Of a stretch of DNA of 64,000 bases, positions 62,901 through 64,000 are shown piece after piece (position 1 is the first letter of the stretch; each line of letters begins with the position of its first letter). The notes under the pieces are model-generated. The model searched no databases and had not been told where the DNA came from. It worked only from the letters and a program-made list of their open reading frames with translations. Location of the stretch: the NCBI GenBank assembly GCA_964016885.1, contig OZ024754.1:25668001-25732000 (forward strand), given 5' to 3'. Origin of the DNA: Eledone cirrhosa. Its lineage: Eukaryota. The position numbers and the translations under genes were made by a program.

Positions 62901-64000
62901 GCTGTCCAGCTGTCCTAAAAGTTTCTTCTCAGACAACCTTCTGCTGTCCACCTCTCCTGAGAGTTTCTTCTCAGACAACCTTCTGCTGTCCAGATCTCCT
63001 GAGAGTTTCTTCTCAGACGACCTTCTGCTGTCCAGCTCTCCTGAGAGTTTCTTCTCAGACAACCTTCTGCTGTCCAGCTCTCCTGAGAGTTTCTTCTCAG
63101 ACAACCTGCTGCTGTCCACCTCTCCTGAGAGTTTCTTCTCAGACAACCTGCTGCTGTCCACCTCTCCTGAGAGTTTCTTCTCAGACGACCTTCTGCTGTC
63201 CAGCTCTCCTGAGAGTTTCTTCTCAGACAACCTTCTGCTGTCCAGCTCTCCTGAGAGTTTCTTCTCAGACAACCTTCTGCTGTCCAGCTCTCCTGAGAGT
63301 TTCTTCTCAGACAACCTGCTGCTGTCCACCTCTCCTGAGAATTTCTTCTCAGACAACCTGTTGCTGTCCACCTCTCCTGAGAGTTTCTTCTCAGACAAGC
63401 TGTTGCTGTCCACCTCTCCTGAGAGTTTCTTCTCAGACAACCTTCTGCTGTCCAGCTCTCCTGAGAGTTTCTTCTCAGAGAACCTGCTGCTGTCCAGCTC
63501 TCCTGAGAGTTTCTTCTCAGACGACCTTCTGCTGTTCACCTGTCCTGAGAGTTTCTTCTCAGACAACCTGCTGCTGTCCACCTCTCCTGAGAGTTTCTTC
63601 TCAGACGACATTCTGCTGTCCAGCTCTCCTGAGAGTTTCTTCTCAGACAACCTTCTGCTGTCCAGCTCTCCTGAGAGTTTCTTCTCAGACAACCTGCTGC
63701 TGTCCACCTCTCCTGAGAGTTTCTTCTCAGACAACCTGCTGCTGTCCACCTCTCCTGAAAGTTTCTTCTCAGACGACCTTATGCTGTCCAGCTCTCCTGA
63801 GAGTTTCTTCTCAGACAACCTTCTGCTGTCCAGCTCTCCTGAGAGTTTCTTCTCAGACAACCTGCTGCTGTCCAGCTCTCCTGAGAGTTTCTTCTCAGAC
63901 AACCTGCTGCTGTCCACCTCTCCTGAGAATTTCTTCTCAGACAACCTGTTGCTGTCCACCTCTCCTGAGAGTTTCTTCACAGACAAGCTGTTGCTGTCCA
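5932..64000. repeat. 42-bp tandem satellite array (~1,380 monomers, continues past the window end) with higher-order structure
   Basis: Head-to-tail GAGAGTTTCTTCTCAGACRACCTKCTGCTGTCCASCTCTCCT in a single orientation; recurrent 43-bp (+1 in ctctccc/ctctctc/ctctcac) and 40-bp (ctgtgtccgcc) variants; monomer is 50% GC and ~69% pyrimidine on the + strand; no inserted foreign sequence seen. Confidence 0.99.

Noticed and set aside
6023-63986. Hundreds of ORFs (SEKKLSGEVDSRRL, RVSSQTTFCCPPLL, ESFFSDNLLLSTSP repeats)
   Set aside because: Translations of a 42-bp satellite open on both strands; mostly non-ATG starts; broken by recurrent +1/-2 indel monomers.
5932-64000. CRISPR-like array (short palindromic repeat at regular spacing)
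   Set aside because: No unique spacers, since the whole unit is repeated; no cas genes; eukaryotic context.

Overview
Eukaryotic, non-genic window. The tRNA-derived SINE type and the dense (TA)n/(TACA)n/(GGT)n microsatellites suggest an octopus/cephalopod-like genome (inference). Bases 1-5931 are an AT-rich mosaic of transposon remnants separated by microsatellites: a ~320-bp foldback palindrome, a probable Helitron remnant with STPR-like repeats, the 3' end of a Penelope-like element (GIY-YIG endonuclease ORF followed by a hammerhead ribozyme motif), a decayed R4-type REL-endonuclease LINE fragment, a tRNA-SINE, and a second stand-alone type I hammerhead ribozyme with an intact catalytic core. 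From 5932 to the window end (58 kb, roughly 1,380 monomers) there is one head-to-tail 42-bp satellite (consensus GAGAGTTTCTTCTCAGACRACCTKCTGCTGTCCASCTCTCCT) with internal dyad symmetry, irregular nested higher-order repeats and spatially layered variants. All ORFs called in the array are translations of the 14-codon monomer. No intact host gene is visible. All structure and family calls were made by eye; no searches or folding programs were run.
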